A stretch of DNA of 64,000 bases from Coprothermobacterota bacterium (GTDB taxonomy: Bacteria > Coprothermobacterota > Coprothermobacteria > Coprothermobacterales > Coprothermobacteraceae): positions 576,001 to 640,000 of the forward strand of contig JAZIGN010000003.1 in the NCBI GenBank assembly GCA_036679065.1. Direction: 5' to 3'. The notes beneath the pieces are model-generated. The model was not told the origin of the DNA. It saw only the letters and a list, made by a program, of their open reading frames with translations, and did no database searches. The number at the start of each line of letters is the position of its first letter. Within the stretch, counting starts at the first letter, position 1. Of this stretch, positions 18,413-27,389 are shown piece after piece. A program made the translations under genes and the position numbers.

Positions 18413-19043
18413 ATCCTAAAGCCCTTATTGCCCTGATTTTTTCCTTCAGCCACGGCACTTTTTTCTTAAGGTTGTGAATGTGCACGTCTATGACTTTGGG
18501 GTTCTCAGCCTTTTCACTTATGCCTTCTATGAGTTCTTCCCGGGTAAAAACTTGTCCAGGATTCTCAAGCAGTAGTCGAACTAACCGAGCTTCAGTTGCT
18601 GTGAGCTGAACACGTTCTCCTTCAGGAGTAACAAGAAACTGGTTTTCCACCATAACCTGAACTGGGCCGTCATCTTTGGCTTCATGTGCTAAAAGACGGT
18701 TTATCCTGGCAATTAGTTCTTTCATTCTTATGGGCTTAAAAACGTAGTCAGCAGCTCCAAGTTCCAGTGCCTTTACCACATCTTCTTCGCTGCTTCGTGC
18801 AGAGATTACAATGACCGGTGTTTTGTCCTTTCGGTGCCTTAGAATTTCCAAAACTCTGAAGCCGTCCAAGTTTGGTAGCATTAGATCAAGCAAGATCAAA
18901 CGCCCCTCTGGTTTTAAGTCAAGAAAGGAAGCACCGTCTTCATAATGTTCAATTAAAAAGCCAAACTCTTCTAAACGCTGAGAAAGCAACTCAGCAAAAG
19001 AAATATCGTCTTCTACGAGGATAATTTTGAGCTTCCCGGTCAT
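18396..19043 (-). CDS. OmpR/PhoB-family response regulator
   Basis: LVEDD, LLDLMLP, ISA, GAADYVFKP, and wHTH IDVHIHNLKKK...GY. Likely start is ATG 19043. Confidence 0.92.
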   Translation of the reverse strand: MTGKLKIILVEDDISFAELLSQRLEEFGFLIEHYEDGASFLDLKPEGRLILLDLMLPNLDGFRVLEILRHRKDKTPVIVISARSSEEDVVKALELGAADYVFKPIRMKELIARINRLLAHEAKDDGPVQVMVENQFLVTPEGERVQLTATEARLVRLLLENPGQVFTREELIEGISEKAENPKVIDVHIHNLKKKVPWLKEKIRAIRALGYVYQP

Positions 19044-19067
19044 AGCTCTATTATAATAAACCTTGGT

Positions 19068-22000
19068 ATGACGAATCAGTTTGTGCACTTGCATGTTCAC
19101 AGCGCTTATTCTTTACTTGACGGTGTGACTTTGCCTAAAAAGCTGGTCCAGCGAGCAAAAGAGCTTGATATGCCGGCAATAGCCATAACTGACCACGGAG
19201 TTACTTATGGCCTGGTGGAGTTCGTCAGTGAAGCCAAAAAATCGGGAATAAAACCCATAGTAGGCGTGGAAGGTTACCAGGCACAAAGAGATAGAAGAAA
19301 AAAGGAAGGCAACAAGGATAAAGAACCTTTTCACCTGGTTTTGCTTGTTAAGAACGCCGCAGGCTTTAGGAACTTGAACATCCTGCTTACAAAAGCCTAC
19401 TTGGAAGGGTTCTACTACAGGCCCAGATTCGACTGGGAGCTTTTGGAGCAGTATCATGAAGGTCTCATAGCGTCATCTGCTTGTTTGGCTGGTGCAATCC
19501 CACGTGCTCTTCTGGAAGGTGATGAAGAGAAAGCATTGGAGCTGGCGGGGCGTTATCAAGACATTTTTGGCAAAGGGAACTTTTATCTGGAAATAATGGA
19601 CCATAATTTGGCAGAGCAGCAACGAGTTAACAAAGCTATTGTTGAGCTCTCTAGGCGAACAGGTATCCCACTATTAGCCACAAATGATGTCCACTACGGA
19701 CGTCCTGAAGAATACTCCATACAGGACGTACTCATGGCGATTGCCACTGGTACCACACTAAATGATCCGAACCGTTTCAAATATGAGACTGACCAAATGT
19801 ATTTGAAATCCGCTGACGAGATGTGGGAGCGTTTTTCAGAAATACCTGAAGCTTTGACCAATTCTTTGGCCATTGCCGAAATGGTGGACTTCATTTTGCC
19901 ACTTGGAGAGCAGCATTTGCCAAAATTCTCTGTACCTGAAGGTTACACAGAGAATTCCTATTTGAGAAAACTCACTCAGGACGGGCTGCGCAAAAGGTAT
20001 GGCGATAGTCCAGCTAAAGAAGTTCTTGACCGCATGGAGTACGAGCTTGCAGTCATCGAGAAGATGGGATTTGCCGGCTATTTCCTCATTGTGCAGGATT
20101 ACATAAACTGGGCAAAATCCCAAGGAATCCCAGTTGGGCCAGGGCGAGGTAGCGCTGCAGGTTCATTGGTAGCTTACTTAACAGGCATAACTGATGTGGA
20201 TCCTTTAAAGTACGGTCTTCTTTTTGAAAGGTTTTTGAACCCCGAGCGTATTTCCATGCCTGACATTGATGTGGACTTTTGTGCTCGCAGGCGTGACGAA
20301 GTTCTGCGTTATGTTAGGAACAAGTACGGAGAAGAAAACGTGGCGCAAATAGCAACCTTTGGTACGCTAGCTGCCCGTGCTGCCATTAGGGACGTGGGTA
20401 GAGTACTTGGTGTGCCTCTGGCACTGGTGGACAGGCTTTCTAAGAGCATTCCTCCAAACATGGAACTAGCACAGGCTGAAAAGTTGGAGGACGTGCGCAG
20501 TCTCATAAACCAATACCCAGAGCTTGGGAGAGTCTTGGAGATAGCGAAGCAGGTAGAAGGCTTGCCCAGACATGCTTCCACTCACGCTGCTGGTGTGGTT
20601 ATTTCAGATAAACCTCTGTACGAATATGTGGCTTTGCAAGCTTCCTCAGATGAAGCTGGTATTAACGTGACTACTCAGTTGGCAAAAGACGACGTTGAAA
20701 AACTTGGCTTGCTCAAGATGGATTTCCTTGGTCTTAGAAACATGACTGTAATCAGTGATGCGCTGAAATGGATAAAACAGCGTCATGGCAAAGATATTGA
20801 CCTTAGTAGTCTTCCCAAAGATGACCCAAAGGTCTATGAAATGCTTTCTGCTGGCGAAACGGTGGGAGTGTTTCAACTGGAAAGTGCCGGCTTCCGTTCC
20901 TTCTTAAAGGATCTCAAACCCACGAAGTTTGAGGAGATAATAGCCGCTGAGGCTCTTTATAGGCCAGGTACGCTGGGCAGCGGGGGAGTCAAATCTTATG
21001 TGGACAGGAAGCATGGTAGGGAACCTGTGGACTACTTTCATGATGATTTGAAGCCCATATTAGAGGAAACTTACGGCATTATTGTGTATCAAGAACAGAT
21101 CATGCAGATTGCTTCAATCATAGCTGGTTATTCCTTGGGTGAAGCTGACGTTTTACGTAGAGCCATAAGCAAGAAAAAAGAAGAGGAAATATTGAAACTG
21201 CGTGAAGACTTTGTCAGCCGCGGTCTGCAACGCGGTTATGCCAAAGAAACCGTTGAAAAAATCTATGAGACCATAGTGCATTTTGCGGAATATGGGTTTA
21301 ACAAATCTCATTCAGCGGCTTACGCTCATGTGACTTACTATACTGCTTGGTTGAAGGCTTACTATCCCACAGAGTACTTTGCAGCACTACTGGCTAGCTT
21401 CGTGGATAACACGGAGAAGCTCAAAGTTTACATTTCCGAAGCACGAAGGTTGGGCATAAGAATACTGCCGCCTGATGTAAACAAGTCAGAGCACTACTTC
21501 ATTCCGGAGGGTGAAAACGAGATACGTTTTGGTTTGCTGGGAATTAAGAACGTGGGCTTGGCCGCCGTCGATGAGATCTTGAAGACCAGAGAAAGTGGTG
21601 GACCGTTCACCTCGTTTCAAGATTTTCTGTTACGCGTGAATGATCGCGTGGTTAATAAGAAGGTTACGGAAAGCCTTATCAGAGCTGGGGCTTTTGATAG
21701 TTTGGGTGATAGAAAGAGTTTACTGCGTCAACTTTCCACTGGGATAACTACCCAAACCCTTTTCCAGATTGAGGATACTTCAAACGACGACATCTCCTTA
21801 GATCCCATGGAGGACGAGCGCGAGTACTTGGGACTTTACATAACAACACACCCTCTGGAGCGGTACATGGCTATTCTGACCAGTCAGAACTTGACCACGT
21901 TGGATTCCTTGGAAGAAATACAGGGCCTGGTACAAGTGGGCGGTTTCGTTTCTAGTACCCGAGTAAGAAAAAGCAGAAATAACAATCAGTACATGACCTT

Positions 22001-22454
22001 CACCTTGGAAGACTTAACGTCGCAGGTTGAGGTAACAGTTCTGCCTCAAAAATTCGATGCTTTTAAGGAAATTATCTCAAAGCCCGGAATAATCACGATG
22101 ACTGCAAGGGTGGAGTCTGAAGATGAAAAAAGCAGACTCATCGCGGAGTCATTGATTTCGTTTTCACCGCTTAGTGAACTTGACGATAAACTAAGGGAAC
22201 TGGACGGTAAAGGTGTTTTGCGCATTGTTCTCAGGTCTGAACAGATCACAGTAGACAAACTTAAGAAACTGAAGGTTCTTCTGAGACAGCATAAAGGGCC
22301 TACACCTGTGGAATTTACTGTTCATTTAGATGGGTCCATTTATCGGGTTCTTTTGCCCAATAGTTACTGGGTTTCCTTCAGTGCGGAGCTTCAAGAGGCC
22401 CTTTTTAGTCTTTTTAATCCCATGAACGTTTCTTTTCGGAGCTTTAGTGGATGA
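19068..22454 (+). CDS. dnaE: DNA polymerase III alpha subunit
   Basis: PHP domain HLHVHSAYSLLDG, GRGSAAGSLV, MPDIDVDF, YGFNKSH, C-terminal OB fold. Confidence 0.98.
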   Translation: MTNQFVHLHVHSAYSLLDGVTLPKKLVQRAKELDMPAIAITDHGVTYGLVEFVSEAKKSGIKPIVGVEGYQAQRDRRKKEGNKDKEPFHLVLLVKNAAGFRNLNILLTKAYLEGFYYRPRFDWELLEQYHEGLIASSACLAGAIPRALLEGDEEKALELAGRYQDIFGKGNFYLEIMDHNLAEQQRVNKAIVELSRRTGIPLLATNDVHYGRPEEYSIQDVLMAIATGTTLNDPNRFKYETDQMYLKSADEMWERFSEIPEALTNSLAIAEMVDFILPLGEQHLPKFSVPEGYTENSYLRKLTQDGLRKRYGDSPAKEVLDRMEYELAVIEKMGFAGYFLIVQDYINWAKSQGIPVGPGRGSAAGSLVAYLTGITDVDPLKYGLLFERFLNPERISMPDIDVDFCARRRDEVLRYVRNKYGEENVAQIATFGTLAARAAIRDVGRVLGVPLALVDRLSKSIPPNMELAQAEKLEDVRSLINQYPELGRVLEIAKQVEGLPRHASTHAAGVVISDKPLYEYVALQASSDEAGINVTTQLAKDDVEKLGLLKMDFLGLRNMTVISDALKWIKQRHGKDIDLSSLPKDDPKVYEMLSAGETVGVFQLESAGFRSFLKDLKPTKFEEIIAAEALYRPGTLGSGGVKSYVDRKHGREPVDYFHDDLKPILEETYGIIVYQEQIMQIASIIAGYSLGEADVLRRAISKKKEEEILKLREDFVSRGLQRGYAKETVEKIYETIVHFAEYGFNKSHSAAYAHVTYYTAWLKAYYPTEYFAALLASFVDNTEKLKVYISEARRLGIRILPPDVNKSEHYFIPEGENEIRFGLLGIKNVGLAAVDEILKTRESGGPFTSFQDFLLRVNDRVVNKKVTESLIRAGAFDSLGDRKSLLRQLSTGITTQTLFQIEDTSNDDISLDPMEDEREYLGLYITTHPLERYMAILTSQNLTTLDSLEEIQGLVQVGGFVSSTRVRKSRNNNQYMTFTLEDLTSQVEVTVLPQKFDAFKEIISKPGIITMTARVESEDEKSRLIAESLISFSPLSELDDKLRELDGKGVLRIVLRSEQITVDKLKKLKVLLRQHKGPTPVEFTVHLDGSIYRVLLPNSYWVSFSAELQEALFSLFNPMNVSFRSFSG

Positions 22455-23083
22455 CTGAGGAGGAACAGCTCGAATACTTTGCTTCGCAGCTCTGGTTAGC
22501 GGATTACCTCCATGGTTATCGTAGCCCAGAGGACTTATGGACTTTGGGCATTGAAGACAGCCTTGCTGTGTTGGATCGTGTGCAGCTTAGTGGCAAGGTT
22601 CTGGATATTGGCCCAGGTGGTGGTTTACCAGGAATTGTACTGGCAATTGTCCTCAAGAACGTACATTTTACATTAGTGGACAGCTCACAGAAATCCTGCA
22701 AGTTTTTGACGCATCTGGTAGCTTCTCTGAGTTTAATTAACGTGGAGATTGTGCATGGGCGCATAGAAGACTTCGGCAAAACGCATCGAGAAGAGTTTGA
22801 TTTCGCCATAAGCCGGGCTGTGGCTGAGATTAGGATTTTGGCTGAATATGCGGTAGCTCCTTTGAAGGTGGGTGGGCAGGCAGTGTTTTGGAAAGGGCCT
22901 TCTTGGAAAGAAGAAATGCGTTCTGCACAAAATGCCTTGGAGAAGCTTAATTTGACGTTTAGGGAACACCACGATTATCTTCTTGGCGACCGTTTTAGGA
23001 CTCTTGTGGTGCTAAGGAAGGAATCTTCCACACCGCTAGCTTTTCCACGTAAACCAGGTATTCCAGAGAAGAGACCTTTGTAG
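22451..23083 (+). CDS. rsmG: 16S rRNA m7G527 methyltransferase
   Basis: IEDSL, LDIGPGGGLPG, SRAVA, FPRKPG.PEKRPL. Confidence 0.9.
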   Translation: MTEEEQLEYFASQLWLADYLHGYRSPEDLWTLGIEDSLAVLDRVQLSGKVLDIGPGGGLPGIVLAIVLKNVHFTLVDSSQKSCKFLTHLVASLSLINVEIVHGRIEDFGKTHREEFDFAISRAVAEIRILAEYAVAPLKVGGQAVFWKGPSWKEEMRSAQNALEKLNLTFREHHDYLLGDRFRTLVVLRKESSTPLAFPRKPGIPEKRPL

Positions 23084-23097
23084 GAGGTGTTTGTCTT

Positions 23098-23889
23098 ATG
23101 TTTTATGTGTCGCTTTTAAAAGCTGCCGTGCTGGGTGTAGTTGAAGGTGTTACTGAGTTTCTACCCATATCTTCAACGGGGCACCTAATCATCGTTAATC
23201 AATGGATTCGTTTTTCTGAGCCATTTAACGCCTCTTTTGATGTCATCGTGCAAATGGGAGCCATTTTGGCAGTGGTAATTCTTTTTTGGAATGAATACAA
23301 CATCTTCTCCTCTAAAGAAAGAAAGCATGTGCTCATAAATTACCGGAACATTGTCATAGCTCTAATTCCTGCTATTATCGTTGGAGCCACTTTCGGTGAT
23401 GCCATTCAGACTTACCTTTTTTCGGTTTTAACTGTGTCCATTACGCTTATTCTGGGAGCCTTATTTCTTTGGTACGCTGAAAGAAGCAGCTCAGGAACGG
23501 TGCGTAAGGTAGGAAGTATAGGTTCTCTAACTGCATTGAAGATAGGACTATTCCAACTCCTGTCCTATTTACCGGGTTTCAGTAGGTCGGCAGCAAGTAT
23601 TGGTGGTGGCATGCTTTCTGGACTCACCAGAGAAACTGCAGCTCAGTTTTCCTTCATTTTAGGAGCCCCGACATTGTTAGCTGCTGGCGGTTATGAGCTG
23701 CTGAAATCTGGTTTCTCTTTTACAATGCAGGAATGGACAATACTCCTTGTGGGTTGTCTGTTTGCCTTTTTAAGTGCTTACTTGGTGGTAAGACCTTTTT
23801 TGCAATTTGTTAGCCAGAAAAGTTACAAGCCCTTCATCATTTATCGAATTGTGCTGGGCGCAGTGCTGCTTCTGCTGTATTTCTTCTAA
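23098..23889 (+). CDS. uppP: Undecaprenyl-diphosphate phosphatase
   Basis: EGVTEFLPISSTGH and PGFSRS motifs. Confidence 0.95.
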   Translation: MFYVSLLKAAVLGVVEGVTEFLPISSTGHLIIVNQWIRFSEPFNASFDVIVQMGAILAVVILFWNEYNIFSSKERKHVLINYRNIVIALIPAIIVGATFGDAIQTYLFSVLTVSITLILGALFLWYAERSSSGTVRKVGSIGSLTALKIGLFQLLSYLPGFSRSAASIGGGMLSGLTRETAAQFSFILGAPTLLAAGGYELLKSGFSFTMQEWTILLVGCLFAFLSAYLVVRPFLQFVSQKSYKPFIIYRIVLGAVLLLLYFF

Positions 23890-23923
23890 AATTCAGATCA
23901 AGTAGTACAATAGTGGTTGTACA

Positions 23924-24022
23924 GGACCAGGGGAGCCCCTATTTGGGTGAGGGGCTGAGAGGGTGGCTGTTAGCTACCGACCCTAGGAACCTGATCCGGG
24001 TAATACCGGCGGAGGGAGGTTT
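23924..24022 (+). ncRNA. TPP riboswitch
   Basis: AGGGG...GCTGAGA...GACCC..GAACCTGATCCGGGTAATACCGGCGGAGGGA core, upstream of thiT-thiN; -10 TACAAT at 23906-23911. Confidence 0.95.
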
Positions 24023-24029
24023 GGTTTGA

Positions 24030-24839
24030 ATGTTTAAAAACACTCGGATGCTGGCGGAAGCCGGCATCATGGTCGGTTTAGCATTGGCACTGTGGTACTT
24101 TAATGTGGGCCAGTTGCCACAGGGAGGCTCTATTTCCCTGCAGATGCTTCCACTTCTCGTCTTTGCTCTTAGGTGGGGAGCAGGTCCAGGTATTGTAGTA
24201 GGCATGGCTTACGGCTTTCTTCACAGTTTACAGGACATGTTCGTGCTACATCCACTTCAGTATTTGCTGGATTATCCCATCGCATTCGGTTTGATCGGGC
24301 TTGCTGGTTTGGTCAAGAATTTACGTGTTAATCGCGTTGTTAGTATTCTTTTAGCCATTGCCATTTTAGTGAGTGGAGTGATAATATTCCACTACACCAT
24401 GGTCAGCACCGCAGAAGTCAAAACACAGGTAGCACAATTGGAGCAGCAACTCTTAGTAGCTAGCCCTGATGAGAAGTCAGAACTAGAAGAAGAACTTCAA
24501 GATTTAAAGAGCAAGGCACAGTTTTTTCCCATTGGTGGTTATGTAGTTCTTGCTTCTAGTGTGATTGCATTCCTTGCCGTTCTGTATGGTTCATGGAAAA
24601 GAGCTTATGCCACACCCGTGGAGCTTGGTGCGTTGTTAGGGGGTGCAGGACGATTCCTGAGCCACTTTTTAAGTGGCTACGTGTTCTTTAGCCAGTATGC
24701 TCCGGAAGGAATGAACCCGTGGGTTTATTCCTTAATAGTTAATTTCTTGGTAGTTGCTCCTTCTACGTTACTGGCTTTGGTAGTTATTCTGATTATTTGG
24801 CCACCCCTGGAGAAGGCTGCAAATGTCAACTCTGATTAG
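24030..24839 (+). CDS. thiT: ECF thiamine S-component ThiT with an internal insertion
   Basis: LPQGGSIS, HPLQYLLDY, RFLSHFLSG.VFF.QYAPEG..PWVYS; downstream of the TPP riboswitch. Confidence 0.9.
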   Translation: MFKNTRMLAEAGIMVGLALALWYFNVGQLPQGGSISLQMLPLLVFALRWGAGPGIVVGMAYGFLHSLQDMFVLHPLQYLLDYPIAFGLIGLAGLVKNLRVNRVVSILLAIAILVSGVIIFHYTMVSTAEVKTQVAQLEQQLLVASPDEKSELEEELQDLKSKAQFFPIGGYVVLASSVIAFLAVLYGSWKRAYATPVELGALLGGAGRFLSHFLSGYVFFSQYAPEGMNPWVYSLIVNFLVVAPSTLLALVVILIIWPPLEKAANVNSD

Positions 24840-25464
24840 CCTTAACGGTCACGTGGAATCGGGGCTGTTTCAGTTTCTGCGGGAAAACTTTACTTTCAAT
24901 TACGTGCTGGGTGTCGACGGTGGCACCCGGCACTTACTAAAAGCCAACATACCGCCCAACATGGTTGTAGGTGATTTAGACTCCATGGGCTCCTTCATCG
25001 GGGAGGTTCTCGACCTGAAACTGCCCATGCTCATTAGTTATCCGGATAAGGATTTTACTGATGGCGAAAGAGCTTTGCAATTAAGCCAAAGTGCACCAGT
25101 GGTTATCATGGGCGTTTGGGGTGAAGAGATCGATCATTTACTGGGAAACTTGGCCTTGCTAAAAATGGCATACGGGTTAAACAAACCTGCCGTAGCTTAT
25201 GGTTTCAAAGAAACAATATTGTTTGGCAGGTATTTTACCCTTCATATACCGCAAGGCACTACAATCTCGGTACTTCCAACTACGGGCACTGTACTAAGCG
25301 AGAAAGGTTTCAAGTGGGACCTTGAAAACGTGTTTTGGTCGAACTACGCCGTTCCACCAATTTCTAACATTGTGACTGAACCCATTCAGCACATCAGTGC
25401 TGATAAAGAGGTTTTCTTACTGGTTAAGGGTTACTGGAATCCTTTTAGCGATCTAACGGTTTGA
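24823..25464 (+). CDS. thiN: Thiamine pyrophosphokinase
   Basis: GVDGG, VVGDLDS, KDFTD, DHLLGN, GFKW.L, ISN. Confidence 0.9.
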   Translation: MSTLISLNGHVESGLFQFLRENFTFNYVLGVDGGTRHLLKANIPPNMVVGDLDSMGSFIGEVLDLKLPMLISYPDKDFTDGERALQLSQSAPVVIMGVWGEEIDHLLGNLALLKMAYGLNKPAVAYGFKETILFGRYFTLHIPQGTTISVLPTTGTVLSEKGFKWDLENVFWSNYAVPPISNIVTEPIQHISADKEVFLLVKGYWNPFSDLTV

Positions 25465-27052
25465 CATCTATGCCCATGAATTGCAGGATGCCTTTTGCAA
25501 TTCCCTGAGCAGCCTTTGTTCTGCCTTCTGGAGTCGAAAGAAGAGCATAATCCACGGGGTTAGTGATAAACCCAACTTCTATCATGGCTGACGGATACGT
25601 CTCACCTTTGAGCATAAACAGGGTGGTGTCCTGTTTTACTCCTCTGTCTTTAAGCTCTACCTGTTTTAGGTAAGCATTATGTACGGTGGTGGCAAACCAT
25701 TTTGACTGCCAAGTACGCCAATAGGTTTCCACACCATTAGCAGTGGACGAAGTAAAGGAGTTAGCGTGAATACTCAAAAGGACATTTGGTTTGAAACTCT
25801 CAGCCAGCCTCAAGCGGTCCTCTAAATCGTATGGGTTTGACTTGTCTTTCTCCTTGGTTCTTGTCATTTGGACGGTGAGACCGTTACTTCGGAGAATATC
25901 AGCAACTTTCTGTGAGATGTCCAGCACAACCTCGCTTTCATATATGCCGTTAAGTCCTATGGCACCCATGTTGTACATGCCATTACTTGGGTTGTATCCA
26001 CCATGTCCCGGATCCAAAACCACTACGTATTGTTCTTTTGGAGGCGTCAAGTTAAAGTACTGGTAAATCTGATTGCGTATATTGAGCACAACATTGGCAT
26101 AGTTCATTGATTGAGTACCTTTGCTGTCGGCGGCATCGCTACCGGCAAGGATGCTGTTCATAAGACCTGTGGAACCTAGCAGGTACGACCTTAGTGCCAT
26201 GAAAGGTCTTTGCCAAGTGACCATGCTGTTGGAAAGCATCTTGCATCCCACAGCAACATTACTGTCCACGTCGAACGGATCGCTCTTAACACCCAACGTA
26301 GCTGCGTAGCTGTAGAAGTTCGATTCCAGAATCTGCATCAATCCCACGGCGGAAGACGTACTCACTGCGTTTGGGTTAAAACCGCTTTCCATTTCGATTA
26401 GACCTATAACCAAGAAGGGGTCCAAGTTAAAGTAGTTTGCCCAACGGCTCACGGAGGTGGCAATTTGAACCACTGTGGCTGCAGGTACCTGTCTGTTGAT
26501 TTTGGTGAGTCGGAACTGAATAGCGAGTTGAAGGGTTTGAGGATCGTAAAGGCCAATACCAGGCTCAATGGAAGGTGTAACTACTGGCGGTGTGGGTACC
26601 ACCTCGGTGGGTGTTTCCGTGTTGGTGGGTGTTTCTGGCAAAGTTGGTGTTTCAGGAGACGTTGGAGTGATTATTTCAGTTGTGGTTTGAACATCCACAT
26701 CCACGTTTGGCAGAACAACAGCTATTTGATCTAACGCAGTTACCAGAAATTCTTTTGGTGAAAGGTTTTTTACACTCAATGGAGCAGAGCTTGTCACAGT
26801 CAACCACGGGTTTGCAGTAATTCGAAAAGCTCCAGTCTCCAGAGAACCGCCGCTCCATTTACTGGAAAATGTGACGCTGTTCCCATCTACTTTGTAAGAG
26901 GTGAAACCATTGGTCACTACGTAAAGCTGTGATGTGTTAATGGGGCTCACCAGTAGGACAGTAGACCAGGTTTCTCCTTGCACCGTACCAAGAGATAGCA
27001 GAACAAGTATTAACATCAGCGAGACGATCTTACGCACTTTTGAACATCCCAT
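25445..27052 (-). CDS. Secreted bifunctional cell-wall hydrolase: SLT lytic transglycosylase plus Amidase_3
   Basis: Signal peptide, P/T/E-rich linker, IEMESGFNPNAVS..AVGLMQ (SLT), LDPGHGG...LSIHANS...MIEVGFITN (Amidase_3). Start may be GTG 27037. Confidence 0.88.
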   Translation of the reverse strand: MGCSKVRKIVSLMLILVLLSLGTVQGETWSTVLLVSPINTSQLYVVTNGFTSYKVDGNSVTFSSKWSGGSLETGAFRITANPWLTVTSSAPLSVKNLSPKEFLVTALDQIAVVLPNVDVDVQTTTEIITPTSPETPTLPETPTNTETPTEVVPTPPVVTPSIEPGIGLYDPQTLQLAIQFRLTKINRQVPAATVVQIATSVSRWANYFNLDPFLVIGLIEMESGFNPNAVSTSSAVGLMQILESNFYSYAATLGVKSDPFDVDSNVAVGCKMLSNSMVTWQRPFMALRSYLLGSTGLMNSILAGSDAADSKGTQSMNYANVVLNIRNQIYQYFNLTPPKEQYVVVLDPGHGGYNPSNGMYNMGAIGLNGIYESEVVLDISQKVADILRSNGLTVQMTRTKEKDKSNPYDLEDRLRLAESFKPNVLLSIHANSFTSSTANGVETYWRTWQSKWFATTVHNAYLKQVELKDRGVKQDTTLFMLKGETYPSAMIEVGFITNPVDYALLSTPEGRTKAAQGIAKGILQFMGIDVKPLDR

Positions 27053-27110
27053 TCACCGGCAAGCGGACTAAGCAGACGTCTGTTTTCTTCATAAGAACAA
27101 TTTTACCTTA

Positions 27111-27140
27111 TTGACAGGCTAAAGAGAGGCATGGTATAGT
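27111..27140 (+). promoter_or_regulatory. Sigma70-type promoter of feoAB
   Basis: TTGACA-18 nt (ending TGG)-TATAGT, 6 nt before the GTG start. Confidence 0.7.
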
Positions 27141-27146
27141 TTTATT

Positions 27147-27389
27147 GTGCAAACATTTAATGCTCATCTGAGTGACTTACCTGAGGGGACTTCAGCAAAA
27201 GTGAGGTCCGTAGTTGGCCCCAGGTGGTTTAGGGAGCGTATGTATGAACTTGGGCTTCTACCGGGCATCACTGTCGAAGTAGTGAAGAGGACTCCTTTAG
27301 GAGGTCCCATTATTGTGGAGTTCCTGACTCAAAGGCTCGCACTCTCTCTTAAGGAGGCTCATTGGATCCATGTCGATGTCTTGTCATGA
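27147..27389 (+). CDS. feoA: Ferrous iron transport protein A
   Basis: LSDL..G...ERMYELGLLPG...PLGGPI...LALSLKEA. Confidence 0.92.
   Translation: MQTFNAHLSDLPEGTSAKVRSVVGPRWFRERMYELGLLPGITVEVVKRTPLGGPIIVEFLTQRLALSLKEAHWIHVDVLS

Noticed and set aside
19068..22454. Intein in dnaE
   Set aside because: The length (1128 aa) is normal and there are no intein splice-junction or LAGLIDADG motifs.
23939..24205. 88-aa minus-strand ORF
   Set aside because: It is antisense to the TPP riboswitch and thiT.
27101..27124. MntR/DtxR operator over the feoA -35 (tttacc...ggctaaa)
   Set aside because: The symmetry is too imperfect to support a call.
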